Below are positions 1 through 10,769 of a DNA stretch of 64,000 bases, piece after piece (position 1 is the stretch's first letter; every line of letters starts with the position of its first letter). The stretch lies in the NCBI GenBank assembly GCA_963814585.1, contig CAWFDF010000014.1:416001-480000 (forward strand), given 5' to 3'. A program made the position numbers and the translations under genes. The notes under the pieces were generated by a model, which did no database searches, was not told where the DNA came from, and saw only the letters and a list, made by a program, of their open reading frames with translations. Source of the DNA: an uncultured delta proteobacterium (lineage in GTDB: Bacteria > Myxococcota > Myxococcia > Myxococcales > Anaeromyxobacteraceae).

Positions 1-945
1 GACGTAGTGCGAGACGTCGGCGATGGCCACCACCAGGCGCCACGCCGCGCCACCCTTCCCCCCCGCCAGCCGCTCCAGGTAGACCGCGTCGTCGAAGTCG
101 CGGGCGTCCTCGCCGTCGATGGTGACCAGGGGCAGCGAGGTGAGATCGCGGCGCCCCGGCCGGTCCTCGGGCCGGACCTGGTCCGGCACCTGCCCCGCCT
201 CGGCCAGCACCGCCTCCGGGAAGACGTCGGCGAAGCCCTTGGCGTAGGCCACGCTCAGCACCTCGACGCGCGGCTCGCCGGGGCGGCCGATCACCTCGAC
301 CACCTCCCCCGCCAGGGCGCCGGTGCCGGGGGCGAGCGCCACCTTCACCACGTCGCCGTCACGAGCCAGGCTGGAGTCGGGGACCGGGACCTCCCAGCCG
401 AGGGAGAGGTCGTTGGGCACCACCCCGGCGCCGCGCCGCTGGGCGCGGTAGGTGCCGATGAAGAACCGCCGGCGCCGCTCCACCACCTCGAGGAGCCGGC
501 CGGCCGAGCGGCCGCCGCGCCCGGGCACGACCTCCACGCGCACCACGTCGCCATCGAGCGCGCGGGTGGCCTCGCCGGGCGGCAGGAAGACGTCCTCGCC
601 CTTCCGATCGAGCCGGGCCACGAAGCCGAAGCCATCGCGGTGGCGCGTCAGCGTGCCGAGCACGCCCTCGCTCCGCGCGCCGGCGGGGCGCCTCGCGGAC
701 CTCCCCGGCTGGTCCGCCGCGCCGCCGTCCGTGGCCGCCGGGCTGGCCAGGCCGTAGCGCTTGCCGTCGCGGATCGCCACGCCGTCACGGACCAGCTCGC
801 GCAGGATCCGCTTGGCCTCGGTCTGCTCGCCGCCATGGAGCCCGGCCCGCTGCAGCAGCTCCTGCACGCCGGCGGGGCGCCCGGCGGCGCGGAGGGCCGA
901 GAGGAGCGCGTCCTGGCGGCGCTCTCGCTTGATCTGGTCGCTCAT
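1..945 (-). CDS. rnr: Ribonuclease R (N-terminal part; runs off the window edge)
   Basis: Not in the ORF track; translated by hand from ATG 945: MSDQIKRERRQ... N-terminal HTH, cold-shock domain GTLTRHRDGFGFV, and RNB catalytic motif LVTIDGEDARDFDDAV...VAIADVSHYV. Confidence 0.95.
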   Translation of the reverse strand, partial: MSDQIKRERRQDALLSALRAAGRPAGVQELLQRAGLHGGEQTEAKRILRELVRDGVAIRDGKRYGLASPAATDGGAADQPGRSARRPAGARSEGVLGTLTRHRDGFGFVARLDRKGEDVFLPPGEATRALDGDVVRVEVVPGRGGRSAGRLLEVVERRRRFFIGTYRAQRRGAGVVPNDLSLGWEVPVPDSSLARDGDVVKVALAPGTGALAGEVVEVIGRPGEPRVEVLSVAYAKGFADVFPEAVLAEAGQVPDQVRPEDRPGRRDLTSLPLVTIDGEDARDFDDAVYLERLAGGKGGAAWRLVVAIADVSHYV

Positions 946-1017
946 TCGTAGCCGCGTAGTCTACACGCTCACCCGGCGGGGAGCGACGGCGCCCGGCGTC
1001 GGTGCTATGAGTCCTCC

Positions 1018-2235
1018 GTGCTCACCCCGGCCGAGGCGCTCGACCGCATCCTCGCGAGGACCCTCCGGCTGGGGCCCCTGGAGCCCGAGCGGGTGCCGCT
1101 GGCGGCGGCGGAGGGACGGGCGCTGGCCGCACCCCTCCGCGCCCGGGCGCCGCTGCCCCCCTTCGCGGCCTCCACCATGGACGGCTTCGCCTTCCGCGCC
1201 AGCGACCTGCCCGGCCCCGGTGGCCGGCTCCGGATCGACGGCACGGTGGCGGCCGGCCATCCGTGGCGAGTCCCGCTGCGCCCGGGCGCCTGCCTCCGGA
1301 TCTTCACCGGCGCGCCACTGCCTCCCGGCGCCGATGCCGTGGAGATGCAGGAGCGGGTGGCGGTGAGCCACGCCGTGGCCCGCTTCGAGCGGGCTGGCGA
1401 GACCGGACGCTTCGTGCGGCCGGCCGGCAGCGATGTCGCCCGCGGTGCCGTGGCCCTCCCCGCCGGCACCCGGCTCGATCCCGGGGCCATCGGCCTCGCC
1501 GCCGCGCTCGGCTGCGTGAGGGTGGCCGTGGCGCGACGCCCGCGGGTGGCCATCCTGGCGACCGGCGACGAGGTGGTGCCGCTGGGGCACCGCCCCGGGC
1601 CGGGCCAGATCATCGAGTCGAATGCCTACGCCCTGGCCGCGGCCGTTCGCGAGGCCGGCGGTGAGCCCCGCCTCCTCGGCATCGTGCCGGACCGCCCCGC
1701 GGCGCTGCGCCGGGCCATCGGGCGCGCCCGGGCCGCCGACGTGCTGGTCACCATCGGCGGCGTCTCGGTCGGGGCGCGCGACCTGGTGCGCGGCGGCCTG
1801 GCCGAGGCGGGGGCCACGATCGCCTTCTGGCGTGTGGCCATGCGGCCCGGCAAGCCGTTCCTCTTCGGCCGGCTGGGCCGGACGCTGGTCTTCGGCCTGC
1901 CGGGCAACCCAGCCAGCGCCCTGGTCGCCTTCGAGCTCTTCGCCCGGCCCGCCCTGCGCGCCCTGGCGGGACTGCCGGGCGCCGGCCGGCTGGTGGTCCA
2001 GGCCCGGCTCGACGTCCGGCAGGTCAAGCCGCCCGGGCTCTCGGTCTACCTGCGGTCGAGGGTGGAGTCGCGCCGCGGTGAGGCGTGGGTGGTGCCGCTG
2101 CCGACCCAGCTCAGCGGCGACCTCACCTCCTCCGCGGACGTGGGCGCGCTCGCGCTCCTCCCGGCCGGGAGGACCCGCCTGGGACGGGGAGCCCGCGTGG
2201 CGGCCATCCTGCTCGGCCCGATGGCCGGGGCCTGA
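1018..2235 (+). CDS. moeA: Molybdopterin molybdotransferase MoeA (gephyrin-like)
   Basis: PPFAASTMDGFA, RIFTGAPLPPGADAVEMQE, ILATGDEV, GGVSVGARD, AMRPGKP, FGLPGNPAS motifs. Confidence 0.95.
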   Translation: MLTPAEALDRILARTLRLGPLEPERVPLAAAEGRALAAPLRARAPLPPFAASTMDGFAFRASDLPGPGGRLRIDGTVAAGHPWRVPLRPGACLRIFTGAPLPPGADAVEMQERVAVSHAVARFERAGETGRFVRPAGSDVARGAVALPAGTRLDPGAIGLAAALGCVRVAVARRPRVAILATGDEVVPLGHRPGPGQIIESNAYALAAAVREAGGEPRLLGIVPDRPAALRRAIGRARAADVLVTIGGVSVGARDLVRGGLAEAGATIAFWRVAMRPGKPFLFGRLGRTLVFGLPGNPASALVAFELFARPALRALAGLPGAGRLVVQARLDVRQVKPPGLSVYLRSRVESRRGEAWVVPLPTQLSGDLTSSADVGALALLPAGRTRLGRGARVAAILLGPMAGA

Positions 2236-2458
2236 GACGCCCCGGGGGCCGCGTGCTCCCGGTGCTGCGACCACCAGTCGCGGCGGTTCGGACTTGACGG
2301 GCCGCACCGATTCACTTGAGGTGCGTTCCTCGTGGAGGGCCACTCCATCGTGGGAAGGCATTCCTCCGCCCGAAGTGCTATCTCCCGCCCGGCGGTTGGA
2401 CCCGGGAGCCGGAGCGCCGCCATCGCGTCCCCATTCGATCCACGAGGAGCACCACACC

Positions 2459-2665
2459 ATGGCCAGTCTCGCCGACAAGTTCGCCGACAACCTCAAGACC
2501 GAGCGCATGCGCCGCAAGCTGTCGCAGGAGGCGCTCGCCCACAAGGCCGGCCTCTCGGTGTCCTACATCTCGATGCTGGAGCGCGGGCAGCGCACGCCGC
2601 CGCTGGAGACCCTGGAGCAGCTGGCCAAGGCGCTCTCCGTCAACCCGCTCCACCTGCTCGGCTAG
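2459..2665 (+). CDS. XRE-family (HTH_3) transcriptional regulator, 68 aa
   Basis: [68 protein letters not shown] upstream. Confidence 0.92.
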   Translation: MASLADKFADNLKTERMRRKLSQEALAHKAGLSVSYISMLERGQRTPPLETLEQLAKALSVNPLHLLG

Positions 2666-2765
2666 CGGCCGGTGCGCCTCGCCACGGCACGCCGACTGGC
2701 GTGCATCGCCGGGGCGGATCGACTATCTTTTCGCGTCTCAATCCAACGAAGACGCGAGGCGGCTC

Positions 2766-3038
2766 ATGGCGCGGATGGTGATGTGCAGGAAGCTCGGCCG
2801 GGAACTCCCGGCCATGACGTTCAAGCCGTTCCCCAACGAGCTGGGGCAGCGGGTGTTCGACCAGATCTCCCAGGAGGCCTGGAAGATGTGGCTCGAGCAC
2901 TTCAAGATGATCATGAACGAGTACCGGCTCTCGCCGTCGGATCCCCGCACCACGCAGATCCTCTACGGGCAGTGCGAGCAGTTCTTCTTCGGGCCGGGCG
3001 CCGACGCGCCGCCCGACTTCAAGCCGCACGAGCACTGA
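2766..3038 (+). CDS. yggX: Fe(II)-trafficking / oxidative damage protection protein YggX
   Basis: [43 protein letters not shown]...MIMNEYRL...EQFFFG matches the YggX pattern including Cys7. Confidence 0.9.
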   Translation: MARMVMCRKLGRELPAMTFKPFPNELGQRVFDQISQEAWKMWLEHFKMIMNEYRLSPSDPRTTQILYGQCEQFFFGPGADAPPDFKPHEH

Positions 3039-3060
3039 CTTCGAGCTCGCGGACATGAGA

Positions 3061-3086
3061 CGGGCGGCCAGTCCCCTGGCCGCCCG
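3061..3086. terminator. GC-rich hairpin between convergent yggX and tRNA-Ala
   Basis: CGGGCGGCCAG-tccc-CTGGCCGCCCG, perfect 11-bp stem; no clear U-tract. Confidence 0.6.
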
Positions 3087-3099
3087 CGCTCACTTCAAC

Positions 3100-3175
3100 T
3101 GGTGGACCCGACCGGGATCGAACCGGTGACCTCCTGAATGCCATTCAGGCGCGCTCCCAGCTGCGCCACGAGCCC
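3100..3175 (-). tRNA. tRNA-Ala (GGC)
   Basis: Reverse complement GGGCTCGTGGCGCAGCTGGGAGCGCGCCTGAATGGCATTCAGGAGGTCACCGGTTCGATCCCGGTCGGGTCCACCA: 76 nt, cloverleaf, GGC anticodon, G3-U70 Ala identity pair, encoded CCA. Confidence 0.97.
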
Positions 3176-3209
3176 AAGGTGTTCGCTCCCCTGCCTGCGG
3201 GGAGCGCGG

Positions 3210-3239
3210 TTATTAGCGCGCTCCAGCCGCTCGCGTCAA
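3210..3239 (-). promoter_or_regulatory. Putative sigma70 promoter of tRNA-Ala
   Basis: TTGACG-N18-TAATAA about 35 nt upstream of the tRNA 5' end. Confidence 0.6.
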
Positions 3240-3436
3240 GCCCGTTCGCGACATGCCCGGGGTGCCTCCCCCGGGTGTCGATTCGTGGCGTCACAGAGGT
3301 GTCCTTCCCCAGCACGCCACTCGACGCCCACCCCGGCCCGGGCGCAGACTGGCTGTCGGGGCGGACGGTTGGCCGCCGCTCGCCCGGGTTGCAGGCTGGC
3401 ATGTGGGTTGCTCCACGAGGAGGGGGAGGTCTGATC

Positions 3437-4375
3437 ATGCGCTTCGTCACGACTTCGCTGCTCCTGCTCCTCGTCACCCCGGTGGCTTCCGGCGCGCAGG
3501 ACCGTTCCCGCCCGCCGCCCCCGTCGGCACCGGCCACGCAGCCCGACCAGTCCGACACGCCCTCGGCCGCCCAGGCCACGTCGCGCCCACCTCGACCGCC
3601 GCCACCCTCGAGCACCTCCACGCCACCCCGTCCACCGCCTCCGCCAGGCCAGGGCCAGCCGTCCCCGCCGCCCGGTCCAGGTGGCCCCTGGGCGCCGCCG
3701 CCGCCGCCTGTCTACTACCCGCCGCCGTTCTGGTCGGGCTTCGGCTGGGGCTGGGGCTACTACCCGATCTACCCCTACTACGTCGGCGACGAGTATCCGG
3801 CGTACGCCCTGCCGCCGATCCCGCCCGCGGTTCCGGCGACCGCCAGCATGCGCGTCACCGGCGCCGTCGGCACCGGCGACAGCAGCGCCTTCGGCCTGGC
3901 CTTCGGCGTGGACGGCGTCCGAGGCGGCTTCGACCTCACCTTCGACGCCTTCGCGCCGAGCCAGGGGGGGACCCTGGTCGGCGGCATGGGCGGGCCCATG
4001 GAGTCCTACGGCTTCAGCACCGGCCACTTCTCCTACCCGATCCTGGCTGGCCCGACCTACCGGCTCCGGCTCCAGGCCGGCGGCTCCTGGCTCTCGGTGC
4101 CGACGTCCACCTACGGAGGCTCCACCGACTCCTTCGGCTTCGACCTCGGGGCCACGGCCAACCTGGGGCTGATCGGTCCGCTCGGCGTCGAAGGACACGC
4201 CCGGATCACGCCCTACCCGATCCAGGTGGTCGATCTCCGGGCCGCGGTGGCGCTCCGCGCCGGCTCCTTCTCGCTGCTGGGCGGCTACCGGTTCATCGAC
4301 GTGGCCGCCGACTCCCGCACCGGTCCGGCGGCTCGCTTCGAAGGCCCCGAGTTCGGCCTCGGCTTCATCTTCTGA
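3437..4375 (+). CDS. Secreted protein with Pro-rich N-terminus and probable outer-membrane beta-barrel
   Basis: Signal peptide MRFVTTSLLLLLVTPVASGA, poly-Pro and Tyr/Gly-rich linker, alternating beta strands, C-terminal GPEFGLGFIF (terminal Phe); GGAGG RBS. Confidence 0.75.
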   Translation: MRFVTTSLLLLLVTPVASGAQDRSRPPPPSAPATQPDQSDTPSAAQATSRPPRPPPPSSTSTPPRPPPPPGQGQPSPPPGPGGPWAPPPPPVYYPPPFWSGFGWGWGYYPIYPYYVGDEYPAYALPPIPPAVPATASMRVTGAVGTGDSSAFGLAFGVDGVRGGFDLTFDAFAPSQGGTLVGGMGGPMESYGFSTGHFSYPILAGPTYRLRLQAGGSWLSVPTSTYGGSTDSFGFDLGATANLGLIGPLGVEGHARITPYPIQVVDLRAAVALRAGSFSLLGGYRFIDVAADSRTGPAARFEGPEFGLGFIF

Positions 4376-4483
4376 CTACTTCTTGGCGGTCTTCTTGGCG
4401 GCCGCCTGCCGGACCTTGCGCGCCTTCCACTGCTGGCGGCGGCGGGACTTCATGCGGACGTGCTTGCTCTTCGAGTTGGCCAT
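4376..4483 (-). CDS. 35-aa Lys/Arg-rich small protein
   Basis: MANSKSKHVRMKSRRRQQWKARKVRQAAAKKTAKK; AAGGAG RBS; GC-ending codons typical of real genes here; promoter-like element upstream. Confidence 0.75.
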   Translation of the reverse strand: MANSKSKHVRMKSRRRQQWKARKVRQAAAKKTAKK

Positions 4484-4529
4484 GCCTGCTCCTTCAAGGG
4501 TCGTGGGTTCCGGAACTTTGGGGGGGCCA

Positions 4530-4558
4530 TTCCTAGCACGCCGGTGGTGACGGGTGAA
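4530..4558 (-). promoter_or_regulatory. Putative promoter for the 35-aa small protein
   Basis: TTCACC-N17-TAGGAA with TG extended -10. Confidence 0.4.
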
Positions 4559-5092
4559 GGCCGGGGGAGCCACCGGTCGACCGCGCCGCCTGGCCCGGCG
4601 GCGCCGGGGTGACGGTCCCGAGCCTGGCCGGCGCCGGATCGCTCATCATCACCTTGCCGTCCACCACCTGCGTCGCCGCCAGCACGTCCCCGTAGCGGAG
4701 GCCGAGCGGCTCGCGCCAGGCGCGCCACGCCTCGACCGCGACCATCGGCAATCCCACCAGGACGAAGACCGGCCAGAGCAGGGGCAGGGCCCAGCAGAGC
4801 GCCACCACGGCGAACGGGGCGTTGCGCTGCATCGACTCGGTGAAGCCGGCCGAGACCCGCCGCTCCGGCAGGACCACCCGCACGCCGAAGAGCCGCTTGC
4901 CCGGCGACTGGCCGTGGAGCAGCCCGTCGGCCACCGCGAGGTAGCCAGCCGCCAGCAGCGGCCCGACCACGAACGGCGCCGCCAGCCCCAGCACCAGCGC
5001 GACGGTGAAGTCGAAGCCGCGGGCCAGCCCCCGCAGCGTGAGATCGGCCTTGCCGTACTGCGGCGGAGGCTCCCGGCGCGGGTCGGCGGTGC

Positions 5093-5096
<4 letters not shown>
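4533..5096 (-). CDS. RDD family membrane protein
   Basis: GTG start overlapping upstream stop; RGLARGFD, TM segments, GQSPGKRLFGVRVV, C-terminal [12 protein letters not shown]. Confidence 0.85.
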
Positions 5097-6325
<1,229 letters not shown>

Positions 6326-6478
6326 GTGCGATTTCTAGCCCAACGGCGGGCGCCGGGAAAGGCGCGAGCGGCCCGCGACCCCCGCGGGACCCTTCACCGG
6401 GTGGCGCCGGCTGGCTGGCGCTCGCCGCCTCGGGGCGCGCCGCCCCTGGCGACGGCGCGCCAGGAGCCGCCGCCGCGA

Positions 6479-7822
6479 TCAGGGCCGGTGGAGCGGGTCG
6501 ATGCCCCGCATCACCAGGCCACTCGGCAGGCGCGGCGCGAAGAGCGTGCTCTTCTGCGGCATGGTCTCGCCGGCGTCTCCCACCGCCTCCACCTGCCACA
6601 TGGGCGTCGGGTTGAGGAGGAAGCCGAGCTGGTGCTCGCCGGAGAGGACGCGGTTGACGGCCTCGCCGGCGTCTCGCACGTAGGTGAGGTTCTCCTCGTT
6701 CTCCTGCGAGCGCGGTGAGAGGCCGAGCAGGTGCTGGAAGACGACGGCGTGGAGCACCGTGACGTCCAGGGCCTGGAGCGTCCGGTTGGCGGGGAGCTCG
6801 GTGTCGGAGAGGTCCACGTCGTCGCGCAGGGTGAGGATGCGGGCGCGCTGGTCCTCGGCGGCCACCATGAGGTAGGCGGTCGCCTTGCCGGCGTGCTCGC
6901 CGAGCCTCGCCACCGCCCAGGCGCGCCCGACCGGCTTGCGCAGGCTCTCCTCGACGAGCTGGATCTTGAAGAAGCGCTCCAGGCGGGGCAGCAGCGAGGC
7001 CAGCGACGCGTCCCTCAGCCCGAAGAGCAGCCGGTGGGTCGGGTAGATGACCAGGCCCGGATCGCTCATGGGGCAGAGGAACATGAGGATGTAGTGATGG
7101 CCGCCGTCGGCCGGCAGGGACGGGTTCTCCGCCTGGAGCAGCCGGCGGTAGAGGAGCGCCGTCTCGTAGCGATGGTGGCCGTCGGCGATGATGATGCGCT
7201 GGTCGCGCACCAGCGCCTGGAGCCCGTCGATCACCGCCGGATCCTCGGTGCGCCAGACCCGCTGGTGGACCCCGTCGTCCGAGTCGGTCTCGGCCACCGG
7301 CTCGCCCTGGGTGGCCTTCTCGAGCGCCGCGGCGGTCGCGCCCGAGTCGTCGGCGTAGAGCCCGAGCAGCGGCGAGACGTTGGCCCTCACTGCCTTCAGG
7401 TTGGCGAGCCGGTCGGCCTTCGGCCCCACCAGCGTCTTCTCGTGGGGGACGATGATCCCCTCGGAGAACTCGTGGAGCCGGACCGCCGCCATGAAGCCGC
7501 GGCGGGTGAGCTGCCGGCCGTCGGGGGCCCAGAAGCTCTGCTCCAGCGGGTAGAGGGCCGGGCCGGGATCGGTGGCCAGCACGCCGGAGGCCTGCCAGGC
7601 CTTCCAGGCCTCGGCCGCCCGCGTGTACTTGTTGAAGGTCGGCGTGTCGTCGGGGCGGTCCTCGCCCAGCGTGATGTGGACCACGCTGTGCGGGCTGCGG
7701 CGGAGCAGCTCGTCGCGCAGCGCCGGGGCGATCTGGTCGTAGGGCGGCGCCAGCAGCTGGCCGAGCGGGCGCCCGCGGGAGGCGGTGTAGCGGACGCCGC
7801 GGAACGGGACGATCTCGGCCAT
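6479..7822 (-). CDS. DUF1015 family protein
   Basis: MAEIVPFRGVRY, APPYD, IVPHEKT, IIADGHHRYETA, YPTHR, MPQKSTLFAP. Confidence 0.9.
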   Translation of the reverse strand: MAEIVPFRGVRYTASRGRPLGQLLAPPYDQIAPALRDELLRRSPHSVVHITLGEDRPDDTPTFNKYTRAAEAWKAWQASGVLATDPGPALYPLEQSFWAPDGRQLTRRGFMAAVRLHEFSEGIIVPHEKTLVGPKADRLANLKAVRANVSPLLGLYADDSGATAAALEKATQGEPVAETDSDDGVHQRVWRTEDPAVIDGLQALVRDQRIIIADGHHRYETALLYRRLLQAENPSLPADGGHHYILMFLCPMSDPGLVIYPTHRLLFGLRDASLASLLPRLERFFKIQLVEESLRKPVGRAWAVARLGEHAGKATAYLMVAAEDQRARILTLRDDVDLSDTELPANRTLQALDVTVLHAVVFQHLLGLSPRSQENEENLTYVRDAGEAVNRVLSGEHQLGFLLNPTPMWQVEAVGDAGETMPQKSTLFAPRLPSGLVMRGIDPLHRP

Positions 7823-7903
7823 GGGGCGGGGACGCTAGAATCACGCCTCGTCCCGGCGCAAGGCTTCCCGGCCGCCCCGATCCTGGTGCCCCTCGCCTGG
7901 CCT

Positions 7904-9004
7904 TCAGTCGAAATGGGCGTTGGCGAGCGGGAGCACCCTGGTCCAGCCCGGGTTGTTGGCGGCGATGTTGACGAGTCCGAGCTGCAGGCCGTGGAGCTCC
8001 CGGGCGTAGTTGACGAGGCCGATCGCCAGGCCGTGCTGCTCCCCGCGGATCCGGTTGAAGGCGCTGATCGAGATGCCACCGAAGCGCCCCTCCGGCTCGA
8101 CGTTGAAGAGGCCGGGCGCGAGCACCAGCCCGGCGGCGTCCTTGCTCCCGACCACGAAGGCGGCCGCCAGGCCCCTCAGCCTCGGCGCGCCGACCCCGAT
8201 CCCGGCGACGGCGAGGCCGCGCAGCCGGCCGCCGACGCCGGCGCCGAGGCCCCCCACCAGGATCCCGTCGAAGTCGCCCCCGACGCCCCCGCCCAGTCCG
8301 GCGATCAGGATCCCGCGCGAGCTCCCCCCCGCCCCGGCCCCCAGCCCGGCCAGCATCAGGCCGTCGAAGCCGGCCCCGGCCCCGACGCCGAGCCCGCCCA
8401 GCGCCAGGCCGCGCACCTTCCCGCCGCTCCCCGCCCCGAGGCCGCCGAGGAGCAGGCCGTCGACGCCGCCTCCCGCCCCGGCGCCCAGCCCGCCGAGGAG
8501 CAGGCCGTTGACGTGGCCGCCCGCTCCCGCGCCGAGCCCGCCCGCGAAGACGCCGTTCAGGGTGCCGCCGGCTCCGAGCCCGGCCAGCCCGAGGCCGAGG
8601 CCGTCGAACCGATCGCCCACGCCGACCCCGAGCCCCAGCGCGAGGCCGCGCATCCGCTCGGCGCCCGCCAGCGGCACGCCCAGCAGGAGCCCGTTCACCT
8701 CCGGCCTGGCCCCCGGATACGGCGACCAGACGGTGACGCTGACGCCGTGGACCACCGAGTCGCTGGCGTCGCGGTAGTTGAGCTTGAGCCCGTCGACGTG
8801 GCGGGTGTCGCCGATGCCGATCCCGACGTCGCGGACGGTGAGGTCGAGGCTCCACGCCGGTTCGGGCGTCGGGGGCGGGACGTCGGCCGGCGCCGGCGCC
8901 GCGGGGGCGGCCGGCCCCACCGGGGCGGTGCGGGCCAGCGCCGTCGACGCCGTGGTCGCCACCAGGAGGAGGAGCCCCAGGCCGCCTCGAGAACCGATCG
9001 TCAT
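7904..9004 (-). CDS. Secreted Gly-rich repeat protein (LA_2272-like surface repeat, probable beta-solenoid)
   Basis: Signal peptide; tandem 15-aa repeats such as GLLLGGLGAGAGGxx; C-terminal GLAIGLVNYARELHGLQLGLVNIA...LPLANAHF. Confidence 0.8.
   Translation of the reverse strand: MTIGSRGGLGLLLLVATTASTALARTAPVGPAAPAAPAPADVPPPTPEPAWSLDLTVRDVGIGIGDTRHVDGLKLNYRDASDSVVHGVSVTVWSPYPGARPEVNGLLLGVPLAGAERMRGLALGLGVGVGDRFDGLGLGLAGLGAGGTLNGVFAGGLGAGAGGHVNGLLLGGLGAGAGGGVDGLLLGGLGAGSGGKVRGLALGGLGVGAGAGFDGLMLAGLGAGAGGSSRGILIAGLGGGVGGDFDGILVGGLGAGVGGRLRGLAVAGIGVGAPRLRGLAAAFVVGSKDAAGLVLAPGLFNVEPEGRFGGISISAFNRIRGEQHGLAIGLVNYARELHGLQLGLVNIAANNPGWTRVLPLANAHFD
8190..8660 (-). repeat. Coding tandem repeat, about 45-nt (15-aa) period
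   Basis: About 9-10 degenerate GLxxGGLGAGAGG units in the translation; boundaries approximate. Confidence 0.8.
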
Positions 9005-9053
9005 CGCGCCTCCGCTGCTCCGTCGCGCCCGTGCCTTCGGGCGATGTGCCCCG

Positions 9054-9689
9054 CTACGTCGCTTCCTGCCCGGCCACCGCCCGCAGCGCCTCGAGCGGCA
9101 CGGCCCCGGCGCGCAGCAGCTCGAGCCGCCCGTCGAGGACGGCCACCACCGTGCTGGGCGCGCCGCCGGGCGTGGGCCCGCCGTCGAGGACGCCGTCGAG
9201 CCTGGCCCGCAGCCCCGGGTCGATCCCGGCCGCCGTGGTCGGTGGGGGCGCTCCGCTGGGGTTGGCGCTGGTGGCCACCAGCGCGCCGCCGGCCGCGGCG
9301 GCCAGCGCCGCCGCCACCTCGCCGCTGGTGATGCGGACGCCCACCGTCCCGGCGCCGCCGGTGATGGCGGCGTGCAGCCCGGCTCGGGCCGGCAGCACCA
9401 GGGTGAGCGGACCGGGCCAGAACGACCCGGCCAGCCGGCGCGCCAGCGGGGAGAACAGGGCCACCCGCTCCAGCTGCTCGGCGTCGGCACCGAGGAGCGG
9501 GAGCGGCTTCCCGTCCGGCCGCTCCTTGGCGCGAAGGAGCCGCTCCACCGCCCGCCCGTCGGAGGCGAGCGCCCCCAGCCCGTAGAAGGTCTCGGTCGGA
9601 TAGGCGACCACCCCGCCCCGCCGCAGCACCGCGGCGGCCTCGGCGATCCGGTCGGCCAGCGACGCCTCCCTGGCAGGCGCACCGCTCAT
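9054..9689 (-). CDS. tsaC: L-threonylcarbamoyladenylate synthase (TsaC/YrdC)
   Basis: GGVVAYPTETFYGLG, KERP..KPL, FWPGPLTLVL, ATSANPSG, PSTVV. Confidence 0.93.
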   Translation of the reverse strand: MSGAPAREASLADRIAEAAAVLRRGGVVAYPTETFYGLGALASDGRAVERLLRAKERPDGKPLPLLGADAEQLERVALFSPLARRLAGSFWPGPLTLVLPARAGLHAAITGGAGTVGVRITSGEVAAALAAAAGGALVATSANPSGAPPPTTAAGIDPGLRARLDGVLDGGPTPGGAPSTVVAVLDGRLELLRAGAVPLEALRAVAGQEAT

Positions 9690-10769
9690 GCCGTCCGGCG
9701 CACCGCCAGCGCCCCCACCGCCAGGAAGATGAGGTTGGGCAGCCAGGCCGCCAGCGCCGGCGGCAGCCGCCCGGAGAGACCGAGCCCGAGGAAGATCCCC
9801 TGCGTCCCCCAGAGCGCCAGCGACAGCCCCACCGCCTCGAGAAGGGCCGTCGAGAGGTGGCCCCGGCGGCTGCGGCGCAGCGCCAGCGCCACCGCCACCA
9901 GCGCTCCGGAGACGGCCGCCATCGGATAGGCCACGCGGTTGGACTGCTCGATGGCGAAGTCGCCATGGGGCTGGCCGAGCCGCCGGCGCAGCGCGATCTG
10001 CTCGGCCAGCACCGCGCAGCGACATCTGGGACGGACGGCCCGGCCGCAGATCGAACGAGCCGGGCGGCTCGTCGAAGCGCAGCTCCCGGGACGCCGCCCG
10101 CTCGTAGCCCCCTCCCCCACGCGAGAAGGTCCGCTCCTCCACGTCGGCAAGCCGCCAGGCGCCGCCCGTGGCCGGCTCCATCTTCCCCGCGTCGATGCGC
10201 CGGACCAGCTCGAAGTCGTCGTTCAGCTCCAGCACCGTCACCCGCTCGAAGCCGCCCCCCGGGAGCACGCCGCGCAGGTGGTAGACGTGGTGGCCGTCGG
10301 CGCCGCGGAACCAGCGCTTGGGCTGCTGGGTGGCCTGCCAGCGCCGGTAGGCGCCGCCGCGCGCGAAGCGCGTCACCTGGATCTCCTCGGCCCGCTGCGC
10401 CGCCCGGACCCCCCAGACCTCGTGGAGCAGCAGCAGCGCCAGCGACACCAGGGCGACCGCCCCCACCACCGGCAGGGCCACCCGCCAGGGGCCGAGCCCG
10501 ACCGAGCGCATGGCGGTCCACTCGCGGGTCTGGCGCAGGGTGCTCACGGCGATGGCCGCCCCGAGCAGCAGCGCCGCCGGGGCGACCCGGTGGGCCACCA
10601 CGCCGATCTTGTTGGCGTAGAGCTCGACGGCGGCGAGCAGCCAGCCCGGCCCGGCGAAGACGCCGGCGTTGTCGACGATGTCGACCGCCAGGAAGATGGT
10701 GACGACCCCGGAGAAGGCCGCCAGCGAGGCCAGCCAGGTCTTCCCGGCGAGGTACCGCGGCAGGATCAC
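9686..10769 (-). CDS. lptG: LPS export permease LptG (frameshift near 10015)
   Basis: [20 protein letters not shown], periplasmic domain, then C-terminal TMs with LAAWLPN in another frame; length 1084 = 3n+1. Confidence 0.88.

Noticed and set aside
7..951. 314-aa plus-strand ORF and the many other long Arg/Gly/Pro-rich ORFs (e.g. 5871-8855, 55303-59307)
   Set aside because: Shadow frames of real genes caused by the rarity of stop codons at very high GC; here the true gene is rnr on the minus strand
2236..3175. Integrated element at the tRNA-Ala 3' end
   Set aside because: No integrase and no convincing duplicate of the tRNA 3' end; only short chance matches (e.g. near 17431)
8190..8660. CRISPR-like periodic DNA
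   Set aside because: In-frame degenerate coding repeats with no unique spacers; no cas genes in the window
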